Shown: positions 13,401 to 27,937 of the stretch, piece after piece
Position numbering within the stretch: the stretch's first letter is position 1
Layout of the letters: each line of letters opens with the position of its first letter
Source of the DNA: the human T2T-CHM13v2.0 reference genome, Homo sapiens
Length of the DNA: 64,000 bases
Assembly (NCBI RefSeq): GCF_009914755.1
Contig: NC_060931.1
Reading direction: 5' to 3' (one strand)
Translations under genes and position numbers: made by a program
Notes under the pieces: model-generated
What the model was told of the DNA's origin: nothing
Seen by the model: only the letters and a program-made list of their open reading frames with translations
Database searches by the model: none

Positions 13401-16400
13401 TTTTATATTATTTTCAGGCTCTATTTCACTTATTTCTGCTTGATCTTTATCAGTCTTCTCTTCTAGTAGTTTAGGGTTCAGCTGGCCCTCGTTTTTCTCA
13501 TTCCTTGAGGTGCCACATAAAGTTTTTATAAAAGATTCTTATACTTTTTTGATGTAGGCATCTATTGCTATAAACTCCCTCTTAGAATAGCTTTTGCTGT
13601 ATCCCATAGGTCTTGGTACATTATGTTTCCTTTTATTTGTCTCAAGGAATTTTTAAATTTTCTTTTTAATTTCTTTATTGATGCCCTGGTTTTGTAAAAA
13701 CTTGTTTTTAGTTTTCACATATTCGTATATGTTCCATAGTTCCTCTTGGTATTCATTTCTAGTTTTTATTGCATTGTGGTAAGAGAAGATACTTGATAAG
13801 ATTTTGATTTTTTTGATTGCTTGAGATATGTTTTGTGGACTAACATATATTCTATCGTGGAGAAAAGTTCCATGTGCTGTTGAGCAAAATGTACATTCAG
13901 TAGTTATTGAGGGGAATGTTTTATAAATATCTGCTGGGGCTATTTGGTCTAGAATGTAATTTAAATCTGATAATTCTTTGTTGATTTTCTATCTAGATGA
14001 TCCATCCATTGCTGAAAGAGGGTGCTAAAGTCCTTTTTTATTTTATTTTAATTTTTCTCTCCCTTTAGATCTCATAATATTTGCTTTATATATTTACTTT
14101 ATATATTGGGTGTTCTGGTGTTGTGTGCTCATATACTGACAACTGTCCTAACCTTCTGCTGAACTGATTTCCTTATCTTTCTTTATATAATGACCTTCTT
14201 TTCTCTTTTGACAGTTTTTTACTTAAAGCCTATTTTGTCTGATGTAAGTATTACTACCCCTGCTTTGTTTTGGTTTCCATTTTCACAGAATTTCATTTTC
14301 TCTTCTTTCACTTCAGTCTATGTGTGGCCTTATAGGTGAAGTGCCTATCTGGTAGGCAGCATGTTGCTGAATCTTGTTTTTTTTTTTTTTTAATTTAATC
14401 CATTCAGCCACGGCGTATGTTTTAATTGGGAATTTATTTCATTTACATTCAAAGTTATTATTGATAGGTAAGGACTTCTGCCATTTTGTTCATTATTTTC
14501 TGGTTGTTTTGTTTATCCTTTGTTCCTTTCTTCCTCTCTCATGTTTATCTCTGTGGCTTGATTAGGGTATTTGTTGTGTTAAGCTTTGATTCCTTTCTCT
14601 TTCTCATTTGTATATCTGTTGTAATTTTTTCTTTGTGATTAGTATTGGGGTTACATTAAAAATCTCTCATACTTATAATAGACTATTTTAAGCTGATAAC
14701 AAGTTAACTTTCATTGCATACCAATACTCTAGACTTTCATTCTGCACCCAAATTTATAATTTTGTTGCTTTAATATACATCTTTATATATTGTTTATTCC
14801 TTAACAACTTATCATTGCTATAATCATTATTACAATTTTCACTTTTTGGCATCCCACAGAGCTGCATTTTTTTAATTATTATTATTTTTTAAATGGGGTC
14901 TCATTATGTTGCCCAGGTTGGACTCAAACCCCTGGGCTCAAATGAGCCTTCCATTTCAGCCTCCTAAATAACTGGGACTACAAGCACATGCCACAGCACC
15001 CAGCTGTTTTGGCCTTTAACCTTCATACTAGAGGTTTGAAACATTACATATCACCATTGCAGTAATGAAGCATTATGAATTTGATAATGCATTTATCTCC
15101 AGCAGTGAGATTTATACTTCATGTTTTTTTATGGTAGCAATTATCATGAAAACTTTTTTTTCCAATAGAAATACTCAAGCATTTCTTGTAAGTCTGGTCC
15201 AGTGGTAATGAGTTCCCTCAACTTTTGCTGATCTGGGAAAGACTATTTCTCCTTCATTTCTGAAGCAAAGATTTGCTGGTATAGTATTCTAGGCTAGCAG
15301 CTTTTTTTCTTCTAGTATTTTAAATATATCATCCCATTCTCTCCTGGCCTGCAAGGTTGCTGCTGGGAAATCTGCTAATAGTCCAATGGCAATTCCCTTA
15401 TATGTGACTTGATGTTTTTCTCATGCTGCTTTTAGTATTTTTTTCTTTGTCTTTGACTTTTGACAGTTTGGTTATATGCCTCAGAGAGGACCTCTTTGAG
15501 TTGAATCTTTGTGGGATCCTTTGAACTTCATGGATCTGGATGTCCATATCTCCCCAAGACTTGGGAAGTTTTCAACTATTACTTTGTTAAATAAGCTTTC
15601 TTTGCCTTTCTTCATCTCTTCTTCTTAAGTTGCCAAAATGCAAACATTTGTTCACTTATGGTGTCCCATAAATGCCATAGGCTTCTTCATTCCTTTTTTT
15701 TTTCTTTACCTCTGACTGGACTATTTCAAAAGGCCTGTTTTCAAGTTCAAAAATTCTTCTGTTTGATCTATTTTGCTGTTGAAGCTCTCAATTGCGTTTT
15801 TTTATTTCATTCATTGAATTTCTTGGCCCCAAGATTTCTATTTTGTTCTTTTTTATGATATCTCTCTCTTTGTTGAATTTCTCATTCAGATCATGAACTG
15901 TTTTTCCCGATTGTTGAATGATCCGTTTGTGTTCTTTCATGTCTCACCAAGTTTCCTTAGGCTCACTATCTTGAATTCCTTTTCAGGCAATTCATAAATT
16001 TTTATTTTTTTATTGGGGTCAGTTACTAGAGAATTATTGTGTTTCTTTGGTGGTGTCATGTTCCCTTGCTTTTTTATGTTTCTTGTATCCCTGCACTGGC
16101 ATCTGTGCATCTGATGGAATAATCACCTTTTCTAACTTGGTAGCATAACTTTCAGCGGAAAAGACTTACACCTGCAGATGTGTCCTAGCATGTTGGTTGG
16201 GTAAGGTACATTTGTTTTTGTTCTGGGTGGATGCAGTAGTGTAGTCTCCATGCAGCTTCTTTAGCTGTAGTTAATGTCAGTGGTGCCTGCAAGTACCTCA
16301 GTGGCCTTGGCTGCAGAAGTTTGTGTGGCTGGTATGCCCACTCAGCTGCTTGTCCCCTGAAGGCTGGGCACTTAGCTGGTCTGTTTTCTGAGGATCCATG

Positions 16401-16560
16401 GCTGGTAGGTTCTCCTTCGGTGCTTATCTCTTGGTGGCTGCATAGTGAGCTGGTCTGTGCTCTAGGGAAGTGCAGGGCTGGTTGTCCAGTAGCTCTGCTC
16501 AGTTGCTGCTCCTCTGGAGGCAAGGCACCAGACTGGTTCATACTCACTACCAGGTTACCA
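10408..16560 (-). mobile_element. Near full-length old L1 (L1MA-type), ~6.1 kb, antisense, heavily decayed
   Basis: T-rich tail and L1MA 3' end at 10408; ORF 11866-12123(-) gives an L1 ORF2 peptide ([48 protein letters not shown]); ORF1/5' region near 15100-16500. Confidence 0.9.
14867..15005 (-). mobile_element. FLAM/Alu monomer inserted in the L1
   Basis: gggtctcattatgttgcccaggttggactcaaacccctgggctcaa...cacagcacccagc. Confidence 0.85.
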
Positions 16561-18331
16561 GGTTTTTTGTGTCCTACTATCCCTAGTTTCTTGGTAACTG
16601 TTCCTTCTCCATCTTCATTAACATTTCTGTCTGAAGGTAAATATTTGTATAATACAAAGACCTTTTCTTACCTGAATTAGCATCTGTCCTATTTTCCATG
16701 TATCATAATAGAGATTTACCCTCACAAATGGGAGTAGTTTCCAGATTGCCCATGTTATCACAGAAATAACCCAAATTATTTTATCTTCTGCCACACCACT
16801 GAGTCTGAATTTCTGTAAAGAGAAATTGAGATATGTCATGAGTTTACTTTCCTCTGTTGTCTAACTCCCATAGTCAACTGGAGCTCTCTGATGAGTATTG
16901 GCCTTGCAGCCAATCTTCAAAGCAGTATTTATCAGAAACACTTCCTATCTCCTCTTCACGGGATTAATCTGATCTATTTAGTGCTTAAAGCAATGTCCTC
17001 ACCCAAGGTCAAAACCTCACCTAATATATGTACCTAACAGGCCAACAGGTAACTAGGCCTTAGATGTTGACTCTTTTTTGCCAACAAAAGTAGCAGACTC
17101 TATCCCTTCTTTCAAGACTATTTCCCTCCTCTGTTCTCTACTCCTTACAAAGCCTTTGTACTCCTGCTTGGCTTCTACTCTTAAAATGATTTCTTTCTTT
17201 GACCCACATCATTGCAGTCAGTCTTCAATAGGGAGTGGGCAGAAGGTGATCTTCAACTTCTCAGAGATCTTTCTTCTAACTACACAAAAAAACAACTTAC
17301 CTCACAATCAAGACAACTAAGAAATGCTTCCTATGCATTTGGATTCTTGTGCATTTCAGTGCTATAAAGAAGCATTTCTTTGATAGGAAAGCTTGAGTAG
17401 CTTAAGTTATTGATGTTCTAGTCTGAGACTGGGTGCGTTTCATAGGTGCTCATTATATTAGAAATAAATAGAATAAAGGGATGAGTAAATAAATGAAAGA
17501 TAAATAGAGGTTGGGAAGCAACTGCAACTTAAAAAAAAAATGTAGTGACCAATGATGACAGTTAGGAACCAAGGTTTATTTTAATACAAATATGTGTACC
17601 TGAAGGTCATTAAAAAGTTACTTCTATTCTTAGGAACTCAAATATACATAATTGGTTAAGAAATCTGTACATGTAGGTACTAAAAAAATATTTCCATGAA
17701 TCGCTTAGTGACATAAAATTCATTTTTCACATACTGCCAAAATTATTTAGAATATTTAAAGTCTGAGATAGTGCCCAAAGGGGGTTAGGGGAGGACAAAA
17801 TGATCAAACATACAATATAAAAACAATCTATAAAAGAGTCTAGAAGAGATCTCACAGGTTTAGAGAGAAGACCCCTCTTCTTCCTGAACAGACCCCGTAG
17901 GCCAGGGCCCAGCAGGCTTACCTATTGTCTGTGGTTTCTGTGCTGCAAACAGGAGCCTAAAACCTGCAAATAGGTTATAAACCTTTTCTTGACCCTCCAC
18001 CAAGGTAGATAGGCAAGTGGAGCTTTAATAAAACAGAGTTTTTCCTTTTCTTCTTGCTGCTTGTGTAGCCTTGGAGCCGACCTATTCCAAAGGAGAAAAT
18101 AATAAGCCTTAATTAAGGCTTTTGACATTTAACCACAAGACAACTGGCACTATGAGCTTGTTGCTCTCAACACCTAGAGCAGAGTTAAATCTCAGATCCT
18201 CATAGAAAACTCTGAGATAAACTATTTCAGCTGGCAAAAGCATTAAAAGACAAACAACTGACTTGTGTCCGTAATGTTAGAGTGACCTTTAGCAGAAAGC
18301 CTGGTGGATCTCTAGCACTGGTAAAAGTACT

Positions 18332-18404
18332 TTTGGCTATAGGGCATTATTAATGTTATTAACGCACTAATAGTACATAATATTATTAATGCCCTACAGC
18401 CAAA
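18332..18404. repeat. Imperfect inverted repeat (hairpin), ~28-bp arms
   Basis: tttggctatagggcattattaatgttat pairs with ataatattattaatgccctacagccaaa, three mismatches. Confidence 0.85.
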
Positions 18405-19230
<826 letters not shown>

Positions 19231-20434
19231 TTCAAAGGTTTAAAAAGGGAGAACCTTTGCTCTTCTTATAGAGATTCAAGTCTGCATTTCTCTTGATTGA
19301 CCACAAGGGACAGACTGAAAAAAAAAATAATAGCAGAAAGTATGCATGATGTACCTTGGGAAAGGATAGTTCCGTACAGATCCCCTAGACTTGGTGGAAG
19401 TCTTGGGGCAAACCAAAATGAAATTAAGACTACACGTCTCAATATATAGTGAAAAGCCTTGAGAAGGAATGATCTTGATGTCACAGGAACTTTGTAATTA
19501 GTCCACTGGGAAATAATTGTTTACATTTTCAAATAAGTAAATAAATAGACAATAATAGTCGCTGGTCCCATAGGAGTAGGGATTTAGACTCACTCTCTGT
19601 AGGAATTTTCTTATATAGTATTGACCTACTATGACCCTCAATTCCCATACACTATCCCCCGGCATATTGATATCTACAACCCTTGTGGGATTGTGAATGA
19701 AGACATTTATATTACACTGATGTAGGTGCAATTAAAGAAAATTGGATCTACTGAGCACCTGTCCAATGAACCTGATATTTCAAAGGCAGAAAGAGAAAAA
19801 GGACATCCACTCTCATTCTTGGGCTAACTCAGTTCCACTGGCTCCAAGACAACTGAAATCTTCAGGACAAAATCAAACTTTATGTCTGGTCTGGTGGTGG
19901 GAGAAACAGTTTATAAATGTAAGAATATCTCTTCTCACCCCCACCCCAGCCATGTTCCTTACTAGAGGAAGAAAGTTTCAGTACCTCTGGAGTGGCAGTG
20001 ATGTGTTCCAAGACATCCTCTGTGATTGGAATATAACTGGCTCTTACCACGTATGTTTCACACACTTATGATCCAAACAGAAAAAAAAAATGTATGCCCA
20101 AGTATATTTTACAGATATGCCAAAAGCAGAATATGAAAACTTTTATAACTCTGAATTAGGGCTGGCCGCTTGTCAAGAGAAGCAACAAACTCCCCCATTG
20201 CTTCAAAGTTCCACTGTTTTCAATGAAGACGCAGGCAGGAACTTGCCCTTGGAGATAGACCATGCTACAATTGGAATAAAAGTTATTATAAATGTACTAA
20301 AGAATGAAACTTAATGGGTGAGTGTTTCATAGATACTCTCAAGTTAGTAACCTTGCTTTTTACTTCCACTACAACACAATTTTAGTAATTACACTTGAGA
20401 GATTTAAAGTGAGGAGATATAATTATGACAGTAC

Positions 20435-20885
20435 TTGTGTTATTCTGGGTCCTCCAAGAAGCAAAAGCCAAGACAGGATCAGATATGCGAGAGATTTATT
20501 AAAGGAAATGCCTGTGAGAGAAAATGTCGAGGGAGCCAGAGAAGGCCGGGAGAGCCACCATTAGACTGCAATGTAGGTTTAACCCTTGGGAAGGAGACAG
20601 CAAAGGAAAGACAGGCTTCCACTGAAGTACAGGTCTCAGAGAGTTTCTTTCAGGACCATGAGGAGTCCTTGAGCCAAACTCACCTATCGGGAGAGTCCCA
20701 TGTCTTCCAGGAATGGGCCTGCCTGAGGATCCTCACTACATTTGATCACCAGCCTGGAGAAGCCCCTGGCAGCATGGCCTTGGCGCCAAGGATTCCAGAG
20801 CACACCAGCTGGGGCCATCTGGCAATTTCATACCCACCCCCTGCAGTTGGACATCTGAGAGGAACATTTTCATCACCACCATAGT
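20435..20885. mobile_element. MLT1 (MaLR) LTR
   Basis: tgtgttattctgggtcctccaagaagcaaaagccaagacagg...gagatttattaaaggaaatgcctgtga. Confidence 0.65.
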
Positions 20886-22362
20886 ACTCATTCTTAAGGC
20901 AGCTGTAGACACCTGTTCTGGATCATCTTAAATAGTGACTTAGTGAACTTCCCCAGTGACTCATACCAGTAAATGTCCATAGGTGGATTCATCCATCTCT
21001 GTTCCTAAATTAGAGTGTGGCTAATTCTTCCCAGATTCTTAAGGTCCTTAAAAGAAAGAATATATGGTACCACATTAAGTTAAGCTCATGACTGAAAATA
21101 ATTTAAGAAGGAGGCCAGTGACTATTAATAGTAGCCCACAATTAGAAGGCATATGTATGAGTAACCCCTGCATCTGGCTTAGTGATAAACTGCAATTACT
21201 GCAGCAATTGCTCTCTATTTGACAAAAAATGGACTCATGTACCACTGGTAAAGATAATATTTCTGATTTGTGTTTGCCTCTTGTATATGCTGGACAATGA
21301 AGTATAATATTGTTTATGTATATTTATTACGTATAACCCAGAAAGAGTCTGTCATGGAAGCACAAGAAGTATGAGTTAGCCTGCCTGATTTAAGCTAATA
21401 CAGATCTATCCTTGGAAATGGAGATGAATTCATTGTCCCCTGAATCTCATAAAGGAGAGGTGGATTATCTGATTTAAAAAAAAAATGGATTTGGTTAGAA
21501 AGGACAATAGGGGTAGTGTAGGGAATAGATGTTGAGGAGGCAACCACAGTGTTTACTAAATGGTGCTTTTAAAAAATCTTCCTCCACACTGTAGAATGGA
21601 ATCCAAACTCCCTAGTATGGCAGCCAAAGTCCCTCTAAACCGAGCCCAAACTTCTCTTTAGAGCTAGCACTATGCAAGTTCTGCTAACAAGTTTCAGTCA
21701 CTATGAACATTTTGTCTTTCTCAAATTAAGCCTTTCACATTCATATCTCTGTGCTTTGGAATCTTATACAGCCTCACATTGTAATACCTTCCCCTTTATC
21801 TCCCCGCAAATATACATTTTTCTAAGCTGAGTTTCTGTGTCACCTTCTGTGCACATTCTTCTCTAATCCTTTGATCAGAAATAATTGCTGCTTCTTTTAT
21901 GTGCCCTTGCACCTGATTCGTAGCCAATTTTGGTATAGTTGTTTTCTTGTCTTTTTTCCTCTCTAGATTTACTGACCATAATAGCATTTCTATCTCCCAG
22001 AGTGCCTCACAGAATAAGTGTCCAGTAAGGATATGTTGACTTTCACTGAATGGCGTCTGTTTTCTCCCAAGTAAAAGGAAAGATCTGGGGCCTGCACCTT
22101 TGCATAAGCAGTAACCATTTCGAAGCTTATCCAACCCACCTTATTTTCGTTGTTGTTGTTGTTGTTCCGTTTTCTTTTATTTTAGGTTTCTAGCTGCCTG
22201 AACTCACGGTTTTTAGTTTCTGTCTCTAGTGAAAGGGGAAAAGAGGGATGAGGAAGGGGTTTTACTCGCCTAACCAAAAACAGAAACTAAGAACCCATGA
22301 CTGTATTCTCTCTCGGACACCCTTTAGTCAGAACGTAAATGCTGGTTACCATCTTTAATCTT

Positions 22363-22396
<34 letters not shown>

Positions 22397-22571
22397 GGAA
22401 CCGTTATGCCGTTCCTATGTTGTTAGGTTCCATTCCTCAGGCAGCTCCTGCTCCCAAATGGCAGGTACTTTCTGCTCTCTGACCCTGGAAAAATCACCTT
22501 TGTTTAAAGCCCCTTTCTTCTATTAGAGCAACACCAAAATACTCTCAGGAGTTAATTTAGAACAATAGTAG

Positions 22572-22956
<385 letters not shown>

Positions 22957-23740
22957 TGAATCAGCTTTTAACGTGGAACTTTACTGACCCACTTTCTTTG
23001 ATGTCCATCTCCCACTTCAGCTCCCAAAGGTCAGTTGTTCCCTGATATGAAGCCTAAGAACTCAACGTACTTCACCGCACGTTGGATTTCTAGCCGGAAT
23101 TATTCCAAATTCTGGCAAGTCTTATCCACAATTTCTTTTCTGTGTAAGTTTCTCCTTGCTCTTTATTTCTGAAACCTGAATGTATTTGGTCCTCTGCCAA
23201 TCAGATTTCCACTAGTCCTCCGAAGAGTCAGTTATTAACTCACTAATTCGACAGATATTTTTGGACGTTCACTATATCCTTATTTATTTAGCATATATTT
23301 AGTTATTTATTAAGAAACTAAAGCCTATTCTATGTCAGAAATGAAAATAGGCAATGAGGACTCAATGGTGGGCAAAATGCAGACAGACTACTTTTTTCCC
23401 CTCATTCTAGCACAGTCATCACTTTCCTAGGTAAGACGTTCCTAAACTCCAGACTACACCAAATCCTCCTCCTGACCACACCCTTCCACCTTGATTTTCA
23501 CCTTCTGACCTCTCTTGCGTAGAAATTCGAGCACCAGCCACTCTATAGCTTTAGCTTAATTTCTCCAGCCATGCACGGACGAATCTGTGTTAGTGATGCC
23601 ACAGGCACGTTTCCCTCCCAGCAAGAATATAACTTGCTGGGCAGCATTTCTGTGGATACTTTGAGAGAAAAATGCCCTAGTTGAGCACCCCGCACCATGG
23701 CCATAAGCATCCACCGGGCTCGAAGTGCATGGCCCGCCGC

Positions 23741-23758
23741 TGACCACTAGGGGGCAGC
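23741..23758 (+). promoter_or_regulatory. CTCF binding motif TGACCACTAGGGGGCAGC
   Basis: Near-perfect match to the CTCF core consensus at the 5' edge of the CpG island. Confidence 0.75.
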
Positions 23759-24169
23759 CCTCCACGCAGAGGCTCGAGCGACGGAGGCGACGCGGCGGCT
23801 ACCGGCTCTGCTGAGCCCACCCCAAGATCGGAGGGAAGGGAGCCTGATTCCACGCGGGGCCTCCCCCGTGGCATACGTTGTTGTTAGGGAACTATTCGCC
23901 CCAAATATGGTTTATTGGAGACTTAGGGTTTGCTTTTCTTATCAAGTGCGACAGCAAACTGGCTGGGTCCCCTCTCGCATCCAAGAACCCGCAGAGACCC
24001 TGAGGGAGCCGGTTTGGGGCCCCATGCAGGCCAAAGCATCCCTCCGGGAAGGCGGGGTCGCTCACCTGGTAGGCGCCCCGAGAGCCCGCAGCACGGCCCG
24101 AGGTGGGGTCCACCGATGGAACGGGAGACCACGGGCGTGGCTCAGGGAGCGGTAGCCGCGCCCCGGGCC

Positions 24170-24480
24170 CGCCTCAGGGTCGGCTCCGCCTCACCCCAGC
24201 CTGTGCCCCGCCTCCGGGACAGCCCAGTTTCCGAGACCTCCTAGCCTCCAAGACAGCCCCGCCGCCAGAACAGCCTCTCCTCCAGGACCGGCCAGCCTAC
24301 GAGAGAGCCCCGCCTACGGTACAACCCGCCTCCGGGACCGCAGGACTCCACCTCCGAGACAGCTCAGTCCCCAGGACAGTCCCGCCTCCGAGACGGCCCC
24401 GCCTCCAGGACGGCCCCTACCTCCGAGACCGCCCCGCCTCCGGGACCGCCCCGCCCCGCCTCGCCTCCGACACGTCCCCC
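24170..24480. repeat. Degenerate 17-bp GC-rich minisatellite (consensus ~CGCCTCCGGGACAGCCC), about 16 units
   Basis: Units in strict 17-bp register at 24209, 24226, 24243, 24260, 24277, 24294 and 24311, continuing to ~24480. Confidence 0.85.
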
Positions 24481-24534
24481 GGGCGCCACTGCAGAGCCTG
24501 TCCGTCAGTCCCTAGGTATCCGCACTGCTCAGGG
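24470..24534 (+). other. TCAF2: TCAF2 non-coding first exon (start uncertain, donor at 24534/24535)
   Basis: Consensus donor GGG|gtgagt at the 3' side of the GC-box array; an alternative weaker donor TAG|gtatcc lies at 24515/24516. Confidence 0.55.
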
Positions 24535-26072
24535 GTGAGTTTTCCAATCCCAGCGGGTCCTGGGGTGGGGGCGGTAGCTGAGCACCTAGGGCACTGGGGG
24601 TCGCCGCAAAGTGCTGGAGGCCCCAGACCATACCCGGCGTCAGGGGGTGTCCCTCCCTTCTTAGGTCTAGGTCTTTGGTTTCATTTCGTTTTGTTAGTCT
24701 GGTGCTATTTGCAGTTTGTCTCAAAACACGTTTCTCCCTCCTATTTGAACTTGTAAATTACGAATTTGACAAAGATGTGCATGGTGTGTGCGTGCACGAG
24801 GGCACATTTCGTTGCGGAATGCTGGGTCAGCTTTCCGGGACATATTACTCATCTGAGGTTTTTTGTCTGTTTTTGTTTATCCTGTCAAACTGGTACTGCC
24901 CCAGAAGTGAAAGACGTCGCTTGTCTTCTGGGAGGTAGCTAGCACGATCTTGAGCTCAGGCTTCCGGATCTCTCTCGGCTGCTTTTTTCCACTGGTAACT
25001 TCTGAGGCTGAGATCAGGTACCCGCATTCTCAATGCTCTGCCGAGTATTGGCTCTCTTTTGTGAATTTCTTTCCCGCGAGCAGTATTAAGAAAAAGGTGG
25101 CGGATAGGAAGGGAAGAGGGGAAGAGATGGAATTCTACAGGAAATGCAGGGCATGCTCAGAATGCCAACCTTTCCGAGCTTGGAGAGATTTAGTGGAAGA
25201 AAGTAGCAGGAAAAACGTCCAGTAATCACTGGCATGCCAGACCCTGGAGAAGCCAGGCTGAGGCGCTCTGCAAGTTTCACCTTAGAGAGAGTGGACGAAA
25301 TGTAACGGTTCTTGTTAGAGTTCTTGTAGAGGACGATTGTGGATGAGAATACATCCTGGGGACTAAAACCATATTGGTTTAGTCTGGAATGATTGCCAAC
25401 TAAAGGGACTGATGTTTGAGAGAGATGGTGAGAGATTAACCAAATGAGGTGGTTGACTGCATATAGAAGCAGGAGGGAGAGAGGAAGGAGGCACTTGTGG
25501 CTCAAGGGCTTGGTGTGTGTTTTAGTTTAGATTCTGCCCTAAAGCAAAGCCTTATGCAAGGGCTTACCTGCAGGTAATTTTTTGGGGGTAAGTGAGACCA
25601 AAAAGCCCAAATGAGGAAGTGGAGAGAATGAGACAAGGAAAAAAGGGAAAGCCAGGAGGAGCATGTGGCTGAGGGTCTTCCACATGGCGCTCCTTTCCTC
25701 CGGGTGCCTTCCGAGGACCTCTGATGGGCACCTCGGGAAAGCCACGGGGCACTCTTCTGTGAATCCCCGCTCTACTGGGCGAAGCTCACCCTAGTGTCAA
25801 CTCACCGCTACTTCAGGGCTGCCTTGTGCACCTGCAGAGGTGAGAAGCCATCAGAGCACAGAGGAAAGTCCCTTACAGTGGGCTCGTCAGAGACGCGCAA
25901 AGGGAGGCGGCACAGGCAGCCAGGGGACTACTGCACTACTGCAATCTGCAACGCTGCCCTCGGCAACCCGGGAAACTTAAAAGGACAGCAAAGGGACAGA
26001 CACTCTCGTTTATTCCGTGCTCACTGTATGTGTACCAACCCCAGACAAGGCATTTTTAGACATATTCTTTGC

Positions 26073-26441
26073 TTTATTTTATTTTACTTTACTTTATTTT
26101 ATTTTATTTTATTTTATTTTATTTTATTTTATTTTATTTTATTTTATTTTTTGAGGCAGAGTCTTGTTCTCTCGCACAGGCTAGAGTCCACTGGTGCGAT
26201 ATCGGCTCACTGCAACCTCCGCCCCCCACCGTCAGGGTTCAAGAAATTCTCATGACTCAGCCTCCCCAAGTGGCTGGGATTACAGGTGCACGCCACCATG
26301 CCCAGCTATTTTTTGTAGATTTAGTAGAGACAGGTTTCGCCATGTTGGCCAGGCTGGTCTCAAACTCCTGAGCTCAGGTGATCCACCGGCCTCGGCCTCC
26401 TAAAGTGCTGGGATTACAGACATAAGCCACTGCGCCTGGCC
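26073..26441 (-). mobile_element. Alu, antisense, with (TTTTA)n expanded tail
   Basis: (atttt)n at 26073-26152 followed by the Alu body. Confidence 0.95.
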
Positions 26442-27314
26442 TATCCATATTCCTTTAATCTTCAAAAACAATCTTCCCATGGCTGTATTATTCTCTTTTT
26501 GTAGATGGGGAAACTGAGACTGAAGTCATTTATCCAAGAGGGGCTGCTTAAAGGGACAAATAGTCTCAGTGTTAGGCACAGCCAATTTTAAAAGACCTCC
26601 GGAAACTGCATAATGCTACCAAATAGAGGAGGGTCCTCTCCATTAGGGCAGATTTGATAAATTAGGGGGCACTTTCCAACTTAGCAAAGCTGTCAGAAGA
26701 AAGGCATGTTTTGACAGGTCTATGACCTTTCTGTTCAAAAAAATCAAGCACTGTGTCCACTCAGGCACACGAACTTAACTATCACCTTGATTTACTGGCC
26801 CTGCAGGATCTAGCCCGTCCCTCCCTCCTCCTGGGGTCCTGCTCCTCCCTGCTCCTGGCTCTCAGCCACCCCAAAGTGGTCTCGTTGCTGGAATGCCCTT
26901 TGCTCACTGCATTTCAGGTTTCAGCTTCAATGCCACTTTGTCAGAGTCCTTTCCTATCACCCAATCTAAAGTAGTCTTCCAGTTCCTCCATGTCACATCA
27001 TTGTGTTTTATTTTCATCATAGTGATTGTTGCATTTTATTTATCTGTTTATCTACCTATTTATTCATTATCTTTCTCCTTCTAAAATATTCAAATCACGA
27101 AAAGGGAAACCTTATCTGTTTTGTTTCTTGCTGTACTCCCAGTGCTAGAACAGTGCTTGGCCCACAATGGGGAATCCAGTAAAATTTGGAGGTGAATGCA
27201 TTTAGTTGTTTGCTTTTTTCACCTGTTCCTTCATCTGTTCTGACCAGCAGTGCTTATCAGTATCTCTTAAATACATGAAAGTCTTTGCTTCCCCCTGCAG
27301 CAGCTGATAGAACC

Positions 27315-27937
27315 ATGGCGACCATTGCTGCTGCTGCGTTTGAGGCCCTCATGGATGGAGTGACATGCTGGGATGTCCCCAGAGGCCCCATCCCCAGTGA
27401 ACTCCTTCTTATTGGAGAAGCCGCCTTCCCCGTGATGGTGAATGACAAGGGCCAGGTGCTCATTGCTGCCTCCTCCTACGGCCGAGGCCGCCTCGTGGTT
27501 GTGTCCCATGAGGGCTACCTGTCGCATGCTGGCTTGGCTCCATTTCTCCTCAATGCAGTGAGCTGGCTCTGTCCCTGTCCTGGGGCTCCCGTGGGAGTGC
27601 ATCCATCCCTGGCACCTCTAGTAAACATCCTACAGGATGCTGGGCTTGAGGCACAGGTCAAGCCAGAACCAGGAGAGCCCCTAGGGGTTTACTGTATCAA
27701 TGCCTACAATGACACCTTGACTGCAACGCTGATCCAGTTTGTGAAACATGGAGGGGGCTTGTTAATCGGGGGCCAGGCCTGGTACTGGGCCAGCCAGCAC
27801 GGCCCTGACAAGGTGCTCTCCAGGTTCCCTGGGAACAAGGTGACAAGTGTAGCCGGAGTGTACTTCACTGACACCTATGGGGACAGAGACCGGTTCAAGG
27901 TCTCTAAGAAGGTGCCCAAGATCCCACTCCATGTCAG
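27315..27937 (+). CDS. TCAF2: TCAF2 coding exon 1 (exon starts 27301; [24 protein letters not shown]...KIPLHVR)
   Basis: Acceptor ccccctgcag| at 27300, Kozak accATGg at 27315, donor AG|gtgagt at 27938; 623 nt; recognisable TCAF2 N-terminus. Confidence 0.95.

Larger units (their letters stand above)
23690..24660. promoter_or_regulatory. TCAF2: CpG island, TCAF2 promoter
   Basis: The only strongly GC/CpG-dense stretch in the window; many CCGCCC GC boxes; 2.7 kb upstream of the first coding exon. Confidence 0.9.

Noticed and set aside
24170-24480. Regularly spaced repeats as a CRISPR-like array
   Set aside because: No unique spacers, eukaryotic context; it is a tandem minisatellite.
24103-24756. 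217-aa Pro/Arg-rich ORF in the CpG island
   Set aside because: Explained by the stop-poor GC-rich 17-bp minisatellite; it crosses the first-exon donor and resembles no family I recognise.
27298-27303. Tandem CAGCAG acceptor
   Set aside because: Affects only 3 nt of 5'UTR, with no coding consequence.
27285-27314. N-terminal extension [10 protein letters not shown] in the ORF track
   Set aside because: Begins in the intron pyrimidine tract; the real start is the Kozak ATG at 27315.
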